The position numbers and the translations under genes are program-made. A stretch of DNA of 32,000 bases from contig NZ_LT671858.1 of NCBI RefSeq assembly GCF_900083515.1, positions 840,001 to 872,000 on the forward strand, given 5' to 3'. Of this stretch, positions 1 through 8,949 are shown one piece after another. The first letter of the stretch is position 1. Each line of letters starts with the position of its first letter. The notes under the pieces are model-generated. The model worked only from the letters and a program-made list of their open reading frames with translations. It was not told the DNA's origin and made no database searches. The DNA is from Cuniculiplasma divulgatum. GTDB taxonomy: Archaea; Thermoplasmatota; Thermoplasmata; Thermoplasmatales; Thermoplasmataceae.

Positions 1-73
1 CAACAGGCCAGGGTTTTAGAAATGATGGATTCATTTACAATTATCTAAGAACAGAATCAGATAACAATAGGGC

Positions 74-1117
74 TTAAGTTCTTGGTGCTCCACAGTATGG
101 ACACTTCTCCGCCGTAGAATCGATGAGCGCCCCACAGTACTGGCACTTAACCTTTACTACCTCCTTTATTACAACCTGTTCGGTTTCCTTTGATTCGGGG
201 TTTAAGTGTATTTCAGTTTTATCCTTATCTTCACTATTTTCAGTCATTTTTAAATTCCCTCCATTAGTGGAATGTTTCCTGATCTTATTTTTGTTTCCAT
301 TACTGATCACTAAGGCTATTATTACTATTAATGCAAGAATAAATACTAGGGCTATTGCAAGATAGAAATATGGAAAAGGTGATGACTTCTGATGATTCAA
401 ATGTGTCGTTGAAATGCTTACTCCATAACTTGAATCCTTGACATATAGGGTATTTGAACATGTAAATCCGTCTCCCTGACCATTTGAATCAACTTCTTTG
501 TAATTATAGGCAACTATGAATCCGGAAGATTTATCATAATAAGCATTCCAGGTATAAGTCGCATTAAAGATCCCGTATGAATCATTCCGTACATAGGTTC
601 CATTTCCCTGAAGAAATATGGTTGTAATTTGCCCATTAGTTCCACCTGGTGAGTAACTGTAATCTGTTGATACAACTTTCATGTCAGTGTTCAGGACTTC
701 TTTTTCAGAGTTTACAGGGATAGACACATTTGTAAAGAACCAAACATGTGGATTTATGTAACCAGTTTCATTATCTGTGCCATATGTATAGCTGCAGTTA
801 TTGGTCGAAAAAGTGAAGTTCCCTTTAGCCATCTGGTCATTGAAATAATTATAATCACTGGATCTGATTGCACATGAATAGTTGTAATTCATTGACACTC
901 TATTATTGTTCAATAACTGTGTAACGGATTCAGTTCCGTTTATCCATGCATTTCCATAATAACCACTGTAATTTCCTTTACCATCACTTATTTGAATATA
1001 TTCATCATAGTTGAAATAGGTACCCTTCTGTGGCGCTGCCTGTACATGCACAGCGGGAATAGCCAAACTCAAGAAAATAATGAATACCAAAGCTGAAATG
1101 ATGTTTTTACGCATCAT
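74..1117 (-). CDS. Membrane-anchored, sequon-rich surface protein with a cytoplasmic C-terminal zinc ribbon (function unknown)
   Basis: ORF 74..1192 trimmed to the ATG-ATG at 1117/1114. MMRKNIISALVFIIFLSLAIPAVHVQA looks like a signal peptide. Many N-x-S/T sequons. One TM helix (FYLAIALVFILALIVIIALVI). K/E-rich tail ending CQYC-x10-CPYC. The ATG overlaps the TGA of the upstream ORF (ATGA). Confidence 0.6.
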   Translation of the reverse strand: MMRKNIISALVFIIFLSLAIPAVHVQAAPQKGTYFNYDEYIQISDGKGNYSGYYGNAWINGTESVTQLLNNNRVSMNYNYSCAIRSSDYNYFNDQMAKGNFTFSTNNCSYTYGTDNETGYINPHVWFFTNVSIPVNSEKEVLNTDMKVVSTDYSYSPGGTNGQITTIFLQGNGTYVRNDSYGIFNATYTWNAYYDKSSGFIVAYNYKEVDSNGQGDGFTCSNTLYVKDSSYGVSISTTHLNHQKSSPFPYFYLAIALVFILALIVIIALVISNGNKNKIRKHSTNGGNLKMTENSEDKDKTEIHLNPESKETEQVVIKEVVKVKCQYCGALIDSTAEKCPYCGAPRT

Positions 1118-2604
1118 CCTGAAAATCCACCTACGGAGTGTATATGTGCTGGATGAACTCCTCCAATACCACTGAATGTGGAATAATAGCAACCCTGGAC
1201 CATAAGCATTGGCATAAAGAACGGGAACAGAAATGGTGAAGGCATATAGTAGAAGTGGTATGGAGTGTTTATAACAGGTGCCTTTGAATCCACGTTAGTA
1301 ATCAACTCATTCCTAATTCCATGTACCAGACTTACTGCAGCTGCCATTATCTCTGACCTTTCAAATCCTGGAACACTATTCTCCAGAATATTATATGCCT
1401 TTGAAAGAAGATCGAGTGTTTCATTTGATTCCATGACCGGAACTGTTGCAACAACAGTAGAGGCAACCAAAGGATATTCAAGATAATTTTTAATAGCATC
1501 AATTATGACCGAAAGTTTATCCTTTATTTCCTCGGGTTGTAATTCTGAAATGGCAACGTAAGCAGAAGACAATTCCATATCTTCTGATTCATCGTATCCC
1601 CATTGAGAAAAAATTTGCCTCATTTTCACAAACTTATTCTTGGTTTCACTGACATCCTTGTTAATTGAAGCCATAATTGCTGCTGACTCGTAGGAAGGCG
1701 TAAGTTTCCTGAATTCATCCAAATTTTCGAAGGGATATGTTCCATCATATCTTCTGGAAAGATACACTATTGCAGCTACTGCCGTTGCAGATTCTCTGGG
1801 AATGTGGCTTTCATGCCTTACTTTTTTGAAAACTTCTTTAAATTCTTCCATATCTGAAACAACATCCTTACCTGATCCTGTAAGTATTTCCGTGGCCATT
1901 AATCGGTTTTCTATGTTTTTAGTAAACGAACCCATTTCCTCATATATACTGTGAAACTTGTTTTCCATAGATGTTACATCATCTTTGAATTTGGCCAGTC
2001 CAATTGCAGTGCTAAGAAGTGTGGATTTCTGTTCAATATCAGGTACAATGCCTTCAAGATAAGTATAGTAAATTTTACCTGTTCTGACTATATCATTAAG
2101 CTGATTCAATGTTGTCGACATGTCCTTTTCATAACTTGTGAAATCCTCATCAGAAAATCTGTAGAGTCTTAATGCAAGATCATGGACACACACCTTTCCC
2201 TTATCAGTAAGGTAAATATACATTTCATTATAAGACACAAGATTATTGAGAAGCGATTTTTTAGCCATTAACTGATTGAGTTTTTCTTCCTCGGACTTTT
2301 CGGTATTATATATCCCCTGAATATCAGTTTCCTGTTTTTTGACTTCCTCTTCTAGTTCCTCTTTTTTATCTTTCTTCTCAAGATGGAATCTAATTGAATG
2401 TTCCTTTCGTTCTTCTTCTTCCAGTTCCGACCTTTCTTTCTGAAATTGTTCTTTTTTGGACAAAATCTCACTGGATAAGTTTTCCATTTGTGAGATCTCA
2501 CTTTTCAATCTATCATAATCATCTTTGTTGTATATGTTAAGATAATTCTGTTCTTTTAAATAACTCAGACTTTGTGAATCTATGGTTGCATCCAATTTTC
2601 CCAT
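1114..2604 (-). CDS. Hypothetical protein: N-terminal coiled coil, helical Ala/Ser-rich repeats, aromatic/Gly-rich hydrophobic C-terminal tail
   Basis: 496-aa ORF with no competing frame. E/K-rich heptad-like region at about aa 30-125. Recurrent small-residue helices (STLLSTAIGLA, ESATAVAAIVYLS, YESAAIMASI, LSSAYVAISEL, LVASTVVATVPV, EIMAAAVSLVHG). Tail is PYHFYYMPSPFLFPFFMPMLMVQGCYY...GGFSG. No family recognised with confidence. Confidence 0.6.
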   Translation of the reverse strand: MGKLDATIDSQSLSYLKEQNYLNIYNKDDYDRLKSEISQMENLSSEILSKKEQFQKERSELEEEERKEHSIRFHLEKKDKKEELEEEVKKQETDIQGIYNTEKSEEEKLNQLMAKKSLLNNLVSYNEMYIYLTDKGKVCVHDLALRLYRFSDEDFTSYEKDMSTTLNQLNDIVRTGKIYYTYLEGIVPDIEQKSTLLSTAIGLAKFKDDVTSMENKFHSIYEEMGSFTKNIENRLMATEILTGSGKDVVSDMEEFKEVFKKVRHESHIPRESATAVAAIVYLSRRYDGTYPFENLDEFRKLTPSYESAAIMASINKDVSETKNKFVKMRQIFSQWGYDESEDMELSSAYVAISELQPEEIKDKLSVIIDAIKNYLEYPLVASTVVATVPVMESNETLDLLSKAYNILENSVPGFERSEIMAAAVSLVHGIRNELITNVDSKAPVINTPYHFYYMPSPFLFPFFMPMLMVQGCYYSTFSGIGGVHPAHIHSVGGFSG

Positions 2605-2646
2605 GGATGCTTCTTTCAGAAAGTTGTAAATATCCAGAGATTTAAT

Positions 2647-3822
2647 CTATTTCACCTTATTTAGCATAGTAAAACTGCTATTTAAATTATCATATTTTAG
2701 ATCGTTCTTTATTATAAGGTCAACTCTTCCGTTGTTTTCATCAATTTCTATATATTTGTCTCCATCGGTTGCCATTTCGAGAATGGATTGTAACTGCATT
2801 CTTCTTTCTATTGGTGTACCAAATCTCCTTATTCTCTCTTCATCAATTCTTGTGTAAGCATACATCAATTCGTAAAGTGATCTGTAAAATTGATCTGTTA
2901 TGGTCTCTCCTATTTTCTCTTCCATGACGTATCTTCTTTCTACACCCTCAAGATCAACGAAGAAGATGGTTCCATCAGATGATAATACTGCATCCTTATC
3001 AAGCCATACGTCAAAGAAATCAAGTCCCGAATAGATCCTGTCATCTTCCTTTTTAAGTGTCCTTGAAAAAGCTGTAAGGGCAGCCAACCCAGATTTCATG
3101 AAATTCACCATAAATTCTGTAGAAGCACGGTTATCATTAATGTTGAACATCTCAAAAACCTTGTTGATATTATTTCCAACTGTGCTGGTGGCATGAAAAT
3201 ATAATCTTATATTGGAAGGCATAAGTCTTATTTCCTGAACAATATCCCCATTATATCTTCTGTACCAGTAAAGTTCTCTTATTCTTTCCTGAAGTTCCTT
3301 CTCCATTGATACTATTCCAATAACTGGAGCTATTCTAAACCCATTAATGGAAGTTGGATCTGCCATTTCCGAAGTATTCATTGCAATTCTGGCTAGTTCC
3401 AGTCCCTGGCCGCCGTATGGAGACCCCCTAAGCCATGTCTCTCCTGTGATAAATCTATTACCACGATATCCAGAATTTTCTATCTTCTTCCTGTATTCAG
3501 GGTTTTCTGTGAGATCACTTATACTGTATGTATTAAGTGGTTCAAGCGAATATGGGTCAACTGTTGACCCAACACCCTTTATGGAAAGAAAAAAATCAGT
3601 TTGATCTACTGTACAAACAGGTTCAGGTCTTATGGCTCCTCTGTTATCATCCTCAATAAAGGAAACTGGTTGGATATTCTTATAACCTTCAATCTGGATT
3701 ATAGATTCTGGCAGGTAGAATTTGTCAATGTCATCAAGGTTATAATTTCGGAAATTTTTACTTCTTATTTTATAGGATGGTTCCTGAGGATACAGAATTA
3801 AATCCTTACCAAATATGTTCAT
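2647..3822 (-). CDS. Hypothetical protein, possibly an ATP-grasp or kinase-like nucleotide-binding enzyme
   Basis: 391-aa ORF, first gene of the 3822->74 operon. The motif order FFLSIKGVGS ... SPYGGQGLE ... IVQEIRLMP ... DVWLDKD ... FFVDLEG resembles Lys / Gly-loop / catalytic Asp / metal-binding acidic motifs of ATP-grasp or protein-kinase-like folds. This is a pattern-level inference only. Confidence 0.55.
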   Translation of the reverse strand: MNIFGKDLILYPQEPSYKIRSKNFRNYNLDDIDKFYLPESIIQIEGYKNIQPVSFIEDDNRGAIRPEPVCTVDQTDFFLSIKGVGSTVDPYSLEPLNTYSISDLTENPEYRKKIENSGYRGNRFITGETWLRGSPYGGQGLELARIAMNTSEMADPTSINGFRIAPVIGIVSMEKELQERIRELYWYRRYNGDIVQEIRLMPSNIRLYFHATSTVGNNINKVFEMFNINDNRASTEFMVNFMKSGLAALTAFSRTLKKEDDRIYSGLDFFDVWLDKDAVLSSDGTIFFVDLEGVERRYVMEEKIGETITDQFYRSLYELMYAYTRIDEERIRRFGTPIERRMQLQSILEMATDGDKYIEIDENNGRVDLIIKNDLKYDNLNSSFTMLNKVK

Positions 3823-3972
3823 GATCCTGATGATGCTGGAAACGTTTAAAAATATTCCACACTATCATTAAGTATACTGATTAATGACTATTGTTAATCT
3901 TATTTTCGAATTGATTTCTACTGCTCCAAGGTCATCTTAAACAACTTCCTTCAAAAAGTCTTAAATTGGGAG

Positions 3973-3980
3973 TAAATATA
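3973..3980 (+). promoter_or_regulatory. TATA-like box (TAAATATA) upstream of tRNA-Leu(CAA)
   Basis: AT-rich octamer ending 19 nt before the mature tRNA 5' end. That spacing is shorter than the usual archaeal spacing, so the call is weak. Confidence 0.25.
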
Positions 3981-3998
3981 ACGGCTTGGGAAATAGAA

Positions 3999-4083
3999 GC
4001 GGAGGTTGCCGAGCTAGGTCAAAGGCGGCAGACTCAAGATCTGCTTCCGTAGGGGTTCGCCGGTTCGAATCCGGCCCTCCGCA
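3999..4083 (+). tRNA. tRNA-Leu (anticodon CAA), class II with long variable arm, no encoded CCA
   Basis: Hand fold. Acceptor GCGGAGG/CCTCCGC plus discriminator A. D stem GCC/GGC. Anticodon stem GCAGA/TCTGC with loop CTCAAGA. Variable arm TTCCGTAGGGGTTC. T arm GCCGG-TTCGAAT-CCGGC. Confidence 0.92.
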
Positions 4084-4322
4084 TTCTCTTAATTATGATC
4101 GTAAGAAGAGTAATTATTTTATTGTCTACGATTGAATATTTTAATCCTACCTTAGTGTGATTAATAATCTAAAATTACTAATGAAAATAGGTATTTTAAT
4201 TGTAATCTATAATGTAGGTGAAGTGTAATCAGGTGAGTGGATCATACCAAATTCATGTAATAAGAGTCAATTTATACTTGAGAAAACAATACAGTTACTA
4301 TAATAAAATCCTACAGAAAAAA

Positions 4323-5354
4323 TTATTTTTTTTGAAAAATAAATATATACTCATGCTTGAAAACATAAAACCCACCCTTTAATGCTCTGTATCTCCAGAG
4401 ATCTTTTTGCTCTCTCTTTCCCTTGGTAACTTCAAAATTCTTAACAACAATTGATTTAAGGATAAAGCCAGAATCAATAACTCTCTCCATTGCATGAAAA
4501 CCAAGAGGAATCCAGTTGCCTTTGCTGTATTTATCCCCGATCACGAGTGCCATGTATCTCCTTTTTTCAAGAACTCTTGAAAGATTATTGATAACTTTCG
4601 TCAGCATATTCAGAAATTTTGATTCATCTGGAGCATTTGAAAGATCATTTTCTGAAGTCCCAAACTTTATTATATCCCAGTATGGAGGATGAAGAATAAT
4701 CAGCTGGGCAGAGTTCACATTATGTGATTCAAGAATACTGGTTATATCAAAAGTCTGGCTATCGCCAATAACTATATCCTGAAAGTTATGTTCGCTGTTG
4801 ACAGCCTTTGAAACATTCAACATAGCCATATTGGCAACATCACTTGAAATTTCTATACCAATTCCATTTCTGCCAAGTTTCGCACATTCAATAAGAGTTG
4901 TTCCACTTCCGAGAAATCCATCTACTACAACATCTCCCTTTTTTGTGTACCTTCTGAGAAGTTGATATGGAATTTGGGGTACAAAATTTCCCCAGTATGA
5001 AGCATTATGAGGGCCACTGCTGTCCCTTTTCTTAAAAATCCATAAACTGTCAGTTATAATATCTCCATACAGTTTCCATCTACTTAGGTTAATGTCATTA
5101 ATTTTGGAGTTTTGTGGTTCACCGAGGTTTTTAAGAAACCGATTAATATAATATAAAGCACGTTCTCTGGTTTTGGAATCTCGTATCTGTTTTATATCTG
5201 AAATTACGATTTCTTTGATAAATTGAGGATCAAACGATTCCTCTTGATTATACATAAGCCTGAACATTTCATTGTCGGATTCTTCAAGGATAGTGAGGAT
5301 TTTGTCCATTTCTCTCCTTATTTCATCTATCTTTGTCATATTTCTAGATAGCAT
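4323..5354 (-). CDS. SAM-dependent methyltransferase of the amino-methyltransferase (N6-A/N4-C) type; DNA versus RNA substrate uncertain
   Basis: AdoMet motif I VVVDGFLGSGTTLIECAKLGRNGIGIEI lies about 65 aa before the catalytic motif IV LIILHPPYWD. It is followed by SRVLEKRRYMALVIGD and GFILKSIVVKNF, typical of N6_N4 methylases. An N-terminal domain of about 110 aa is unassigned. Confidence 0.75.
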   Translation of the reverse strand: MLSRNMTKIDEIRREMDKILTILEESDNEMFRLMYNQEESFDPQFIKEIVISDIKQIRDSKTRERALYYINRFLKNLGEPQNSKINDINLSRWKLYGDIITDSLWIFKKRDSSGPHNASYWGNFVPQIPYQLLRRYTKKGDVVVDGFLGSGTTLIECAKLGRNGIGIEISSDVANMAMLNVSKAVNSEHNFQDIVIGDSQTFDITSILESHNVNSAQLIILHPPYWDIIKFGTSENDLSNAPDESKFLNMLTKVINNLSRVLEKRRYMALVIGDKYSKGNWIPLGFHAMERVIDSGFILKSIVVKNFEVTKGKREQKDLWRYRALKGGFYVFKHEYIFIFQKK

Positions 5355-5519
5355 CAGTATTTGAGTTAAATTCTCAACACAATCCTTAAATAAATTATCC
5401 TTTCCTGTCAGAATTATGAGATTAAGAGTCTTATATTATAATTTTCTATTTGGAAAAATATTTGATCGCTTTAGCATTAAAAAAAGAAAAAGATATTGAG
5501 TTTAAAGGAATTCAAATTT

Positions 5520-5801
5520 ATGTCATGGGTTCCAATTAATGCAGCTGAAAGAACCGTTTTAAATTTTCTTTCCAAGATCGATGAAGATCACAAACTCACA
5601 GTTTTAAGTTTCAAAAAGGATAGAAAAGTAACATTCACGAAACACGGAAAGGAAATTCTTATCACAGAAGATGGATTTAAAAAGGAAAGTTTCCAGGTAA
5701 ATGCAGAAGAGCTAAAGAAAAATGTTAAGGAAATAATTTCCAAAGAATTTCCAAGAAGTCATAAGGTTCAAATTTCAATGAAAAAAACTAGCGATGATTA
5801 A
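5520..5801 (+). CDS. Small hypothetical protein, Lys-rich
   Basis: The listed ORF starts at TTG 5496. The first ATG is in frame at 5520 (MSWVPINAAE...). Divergent from the methyltransferase. No recognisable motif. Confidence 0.45.
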   Translation: MSWVPINAAERTVLNFLSKIDEDHKLTVLSFKKDRKVTFTKHGKEILITEDGFKKESFQVNAEELKKNVKEIISKEFPRSHKVQISMKKTSDD

Positions 5802-5847
5802 ATTTAACGTCGCATTAGATTATCTTTATAAGTAACCAATAAATTGC

Positions 5848-6891
5848 ATGGTATTGAAGCAGGTAAGATACAGGAAAGATAGGGCAGTCTCAGAACTTAT
5901 AGGAACGCTATTGCTAATTGCAATAACAGTGATACTCATGACAACCCTTGGTCTTTTCCTATTTCAAAATGCTCCTAAGGGAAATCCAGAGGTTCCTAAA
6001 ATGGAAATTTTGTTAACCCGGGATGATACAAGTTACAATAATGAATATCTGATGATTGTACAGAGCGTCACTGAGAAAATTCCAGTTGATCAAATTGACT
6101 TAGAATATGTTGTAAATAAATTGAACAATCCTGTTATCATATCACTCAATGGTGATTCAACTTATTCTAGCTTTCCCGTGATTATGAAGATGAGTTATAC
6201 ATTTGAAAGTGAAAAGAATTATGTAATATCTCAGTTCAACAGTTCAGTGCAAATAGAGATATATCTCACTCCTAACATGAATCTTTCATATGTTTCTGTT
6301 ATTGATATGAGTACGGATTCTGTAATTGCTGGATCTCCAGTGACAGGAACATCAGTTGCTGGAAGTACTAACACACTTGAACCATTCGTAGCAGAGGAGA
6401 TAAACACAAACGATCTCACATATAATGATTTAAATACATCAAATCCCACAGGAATAGCATATAACAACGAGACAATATTCTTTCCTCACAACAAAGTCAA
6501 TGACACATTTGAGTTTAATTCCAGTAAATTTACAACTAATATACCAAAATATCAGATTTTCTGGAATTATAATAGTTCATTTCCATATACCCAGTTAAAC
6601 TCGAGCACTGTTAAAAGTTACGGAATGTATGCAACTTCAAGTTTTCATATTTCAAATAAATCACAAATTAAATTTAATTTTGTTATATCGGAACCAACCT
6701 ATGTTAAGGTTTATCAGGTAGGCAACCAGTCAAATACAATAGTTCCCCTTGATAAAACAGTATATAACTATAATTATAGCGGAGGAATTCTGAATATAAC
6801 AGAAAAATTCACGCTTGTAAGTGGTTATTATATTGTCCAAATTTATTATTTATATAAGTACAGTAATGGAATACTAGCAGTAGAATTCTGA
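5848..6891 (+). CDS. Archaeal type IV pilin-like protein (class III signal peptide, DUF1628-type N-terminus) with a large sequon-rich domain
   Basis: The N-terminus MVLKQVRYRKDRAVSELIGTLLLIAITVILMTTLGLF matches the archaeal prepilin/archaellin-type signal (charged K/R, small residue, then a hydrophobic helix). More than 10 N-x-S/T sequons follow. Confidence 0.7.
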   Translation: MVLKQVRYRKDRAVSELIGTLLLIAITVILMTTLGLFLFQNAPKGNPEVPKMEILLTRDDTSYNNEYLMIVQSVTEKIPVDQIDLEYVVNKLNNPVIISLNGDSTYSSFPVIMKMSYTFESEKNYVISQFNSSVQIEIYLTPNMNLSYVSVIDMSTDSVIAGSPVTGTSVAGSTNTLEPFVAEEINTNDLTYNDLNTSNPTGIAYNNETIFFPHNKVNDTFEFNSSKFTTNIPKYQIFWNYNSSFPYTQLNSSTVKSYGMYATSSFHISNKSQIKFNFVISEPTYVKVYQVGNQSNTIVPLDKTVYNYNYSGGILNITEKFTLVSGYYIVQIYYLYKYSNGILAVEF

Positions 6892-6959
6892 ATACACTTG
6901 TTCTATAACCTGAGATGGCAAATAAGAAAATTTTTAACTACTAACAATATAACAGACCT

Positions 6960-8309
6960 GTGACCATCTCTCCCATTGAAGAACGTTATGGAAGGCCAGC
7001 TGTAAAATCTATTTTTGAGCAGAGTTACAGGTTAAAATGCATGTTGAAGGTTGAAATTGCTGTTGCTGAGGCTCAGATGAAAAACCACGTCATACCTGAA
7101 GCAAACCTGGAGCCACTTAAAATGGTATTAAAGTCAGGTATTGACGAGCCAAGAATGAGGGAGATAGAGAAAGAAACAAAGCACGACATAATGGCATTCA
7201 TTCGAACGGTAGAAGAGCAATCGAATCATGCATTTAAGTTCCTTCATTTTGGTCTCACTTCAAATGATGTGATTGATACAGCAATGGCATTGCAATTGAA
7301 AGAGTTCTACACATTCCTCATGGAGGACCTTAAGGATATACAAGAGTCTCTTATGGAAAAGGTATCAAAGTTTAAAAAGACGGCCATGCTAGGAAGAACA
7401 CATGGCCAGCATGCAAGTCCCATAACATTCGGTCTTAAGATGGCAACCTATTTATCAGAGTTCAACAGGCACACTGAAAGGCTGATGGAAGTTAAGGGTA
7501 GAATACTGACAGGTAAGGCAATGGGGCCGGTTGGAACTGGGGCGTCAATGGGAAGGGAGGCAATGAATGTCAATAAGGACGCAATGCGCTCGCTTGGCCT
7601 TAATTACGAACTGGCCACGGGTCAGCTGGTTGATAGGGACAGATATGTCGAATTCATTGAGATACTGGGGAACATTGCAATGACCTGTGAAAAAATTGGA
7701 ACAGAGATAAGAAACCTTCAGAGACCTGAGATTTTCGAAGTAATGGAATATTTTGAATCGGCAAACCAGGTCGGTTCCTCATCCATGCCAAGCAAAAGGA
7801 ACCCAATTGAGTCAGAGAATGTATGCAGTCTTTCAAGAATAATAAGATCATTCGCAGTACCTGAGATAGAGGGTGCAATCACATGGCATGAAAGAGATCT
7901 TACAAACAGTGCACTGGAAAGGTTCACCATGCCTTATACATGTATTCTTACAGATTTTATTCTAAACAAGTTATCCAAAATTATCAAAAACCTGTATGTG
8001 AATGAGAAGAATATGAGAAATAATTTACTGGCATCACCCCTGTGCATATCAGAAAACCTGACAACACAGCTCACACTAAAGGGCATAGGAAGAACAGAAT
8101 CTCATGAACTGGTAAGAGAAGTTTCAATGAAGTACTTTGAATCATCTGAAAATCTTCAGGAGATTCTAATGAAATCTGAATTTGGAAGTCTATTTTCAAA
8201 AAGTGAGCTGGAAAAGATGTCTAACCCTCTGGAATTCACAGGTTCTTCGGAAGAAATATGTGACCTGGTATTAGACCAGACAAAAAAGTTGATAGGAGGG
8301 ATAAGATGA
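6960..8309 (+). CDS. purB: Adenylosuccinate lyase
   Basis: GTG start. N-terminal ISPIEERYGRP, then LTSNDVIDTA, GRTHGQHASPITFG and the signature loop GSSSMPSKRNP, characteristic of the fumarase/aspartase-superfamily PurB. Confidence 0.93.
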   Translation: MTISPIEERYGRPAVKSIFEQSYRLKCMLKVEIAVAEAQMKNHVIPEANLEPLKMVLKSGIDEPRMREIEKETKHDIMAFIRTVEEQSNHAFKFLHFGLTSNDVIDTAMALQLKEFYTFLMEDLKDIQESLMEKVSKFKKTAMLGRTHGQHASPITFGLKMATYLSEFNRHTERLMEVKGRILTGKAMGPVGTGASMGREAMNVNKDAMRSLGLNYELATGQLVDRDRYVEFIEILGNIAMTCEKIGTEIRNLQRPEIFEVMEYFESANQVGSSSMPSKRNPIESENVCSLSRIIRSFAVPEIEGAITWHERDLTNSALERFTMPYTCILTDFILNKLSKIIKNLYVNEKNMRNNLLASPLCISENLTTQLTLKGIGRTESHELVREVSMKYFESSENLQEILMKSEFGSLFSKSELEKMSNPLEFTGSSEEICDLVLDQTKKLIGGIR

Positions 8310-8881
8310 ATCAATCCATTCAAGGACAGATAATTCAGATTCTCAAAAAAGATGAACAGTCAATTTCGGGAATTAAGAAAGAACTGGATCAGGTGGGTTT
8401 AAAGTTGCACCGTTTAACTCTTGCAGGTTATCTCAGCGCAATGGTGGACGCCGAAACACTAAAGGTCAAGGAAATAAAACCTGCAAAAGTTTATTCACTG
8501 AATCAGAAGGGAACAGTATCCCTTTACCGCAAGATAGGAAAGGCAATAAAGGATACCTATAACGAAAATCACGGAGATATATGCCTATCATTTCTTTATT
8601 ACACCTTCCAGAGACCAATTTTCATCAGGGAGTTTGAACTCTGCGATATAGATCTTCCAAGGAATTACAGAAAGTCATTTTCAACTAAGAAGCTCAATTA
8701 CATAAAGTCATTTCAGGAGGCAGGCATTGAGATACCTGAAAATGAAATGTTGATAGAGCCTGAAAGTACTAACAATACACAGCTACTGAGGATAATGCGG
8801 ATATTGTTGCTTTCTCAAAATAATCTAATGCTGGAGTCTACACTCATTGACATGGAACAAAAAACTCTGGAGGATATCTGA
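8306..8881 (+). CDS. Hypothetical protein with a probable N-terminal winged-helix DNA-binding domain
   Basis: The ATG overlaps the purB TGA (ATGA at 8306-8309). IIQILKKDEQSISGIKKELDQVGLKLHRLTLAGYLSAMVDAETLKVKEIKPAKVYSL is wHTH-like. Confidence 0.55.
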   Translation: MNQSIQGQIIQILKKDEQSISGIKKELDQVGLKLHRLTLAGYLSAMVDAETLKVKEIKPAKVYSLNQKGTVSLYRKIGKAIKDTYNENHGDICLSFLYYTFQRPIFIREFELCDIDLPRNYRKSFSTKKLNYIKSFQEAGIEIPENEMLIEPESTNNTQLLRIMRILLLSQNNLMLESTLIDMEQKTLEDI

Positions 8882-8949
8882 CCATATAATTTCATCGTTA
8901 TAATAGAATTAAATGTAATGTTTTAATATTCATCTAGTATGGAGATTTA

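Noticed and set aside
1118-1192. N-terminal extensions of listed ORFs: 74..1192, 10029..10700, 10627..11193, 27552..27884 and 29129..29491
   Set aside because: The extensions overlap neighbouring genes or divergent promoters and precede obvious true N-termini (a signal peptide, the PP-loop, MVVKVGD with an SD, the wHTH start, an AGGAGG-preceded ATG).
3823-3900. CTGATGA at about 3826-3832 with a downstream CTGA, considered as a C/D-box sRNA
   Set aside because: Box spacing does not fit the archaeal C/D pattern (no D' about 12 nt after C, no terminal D box), and there is no terminal stem.
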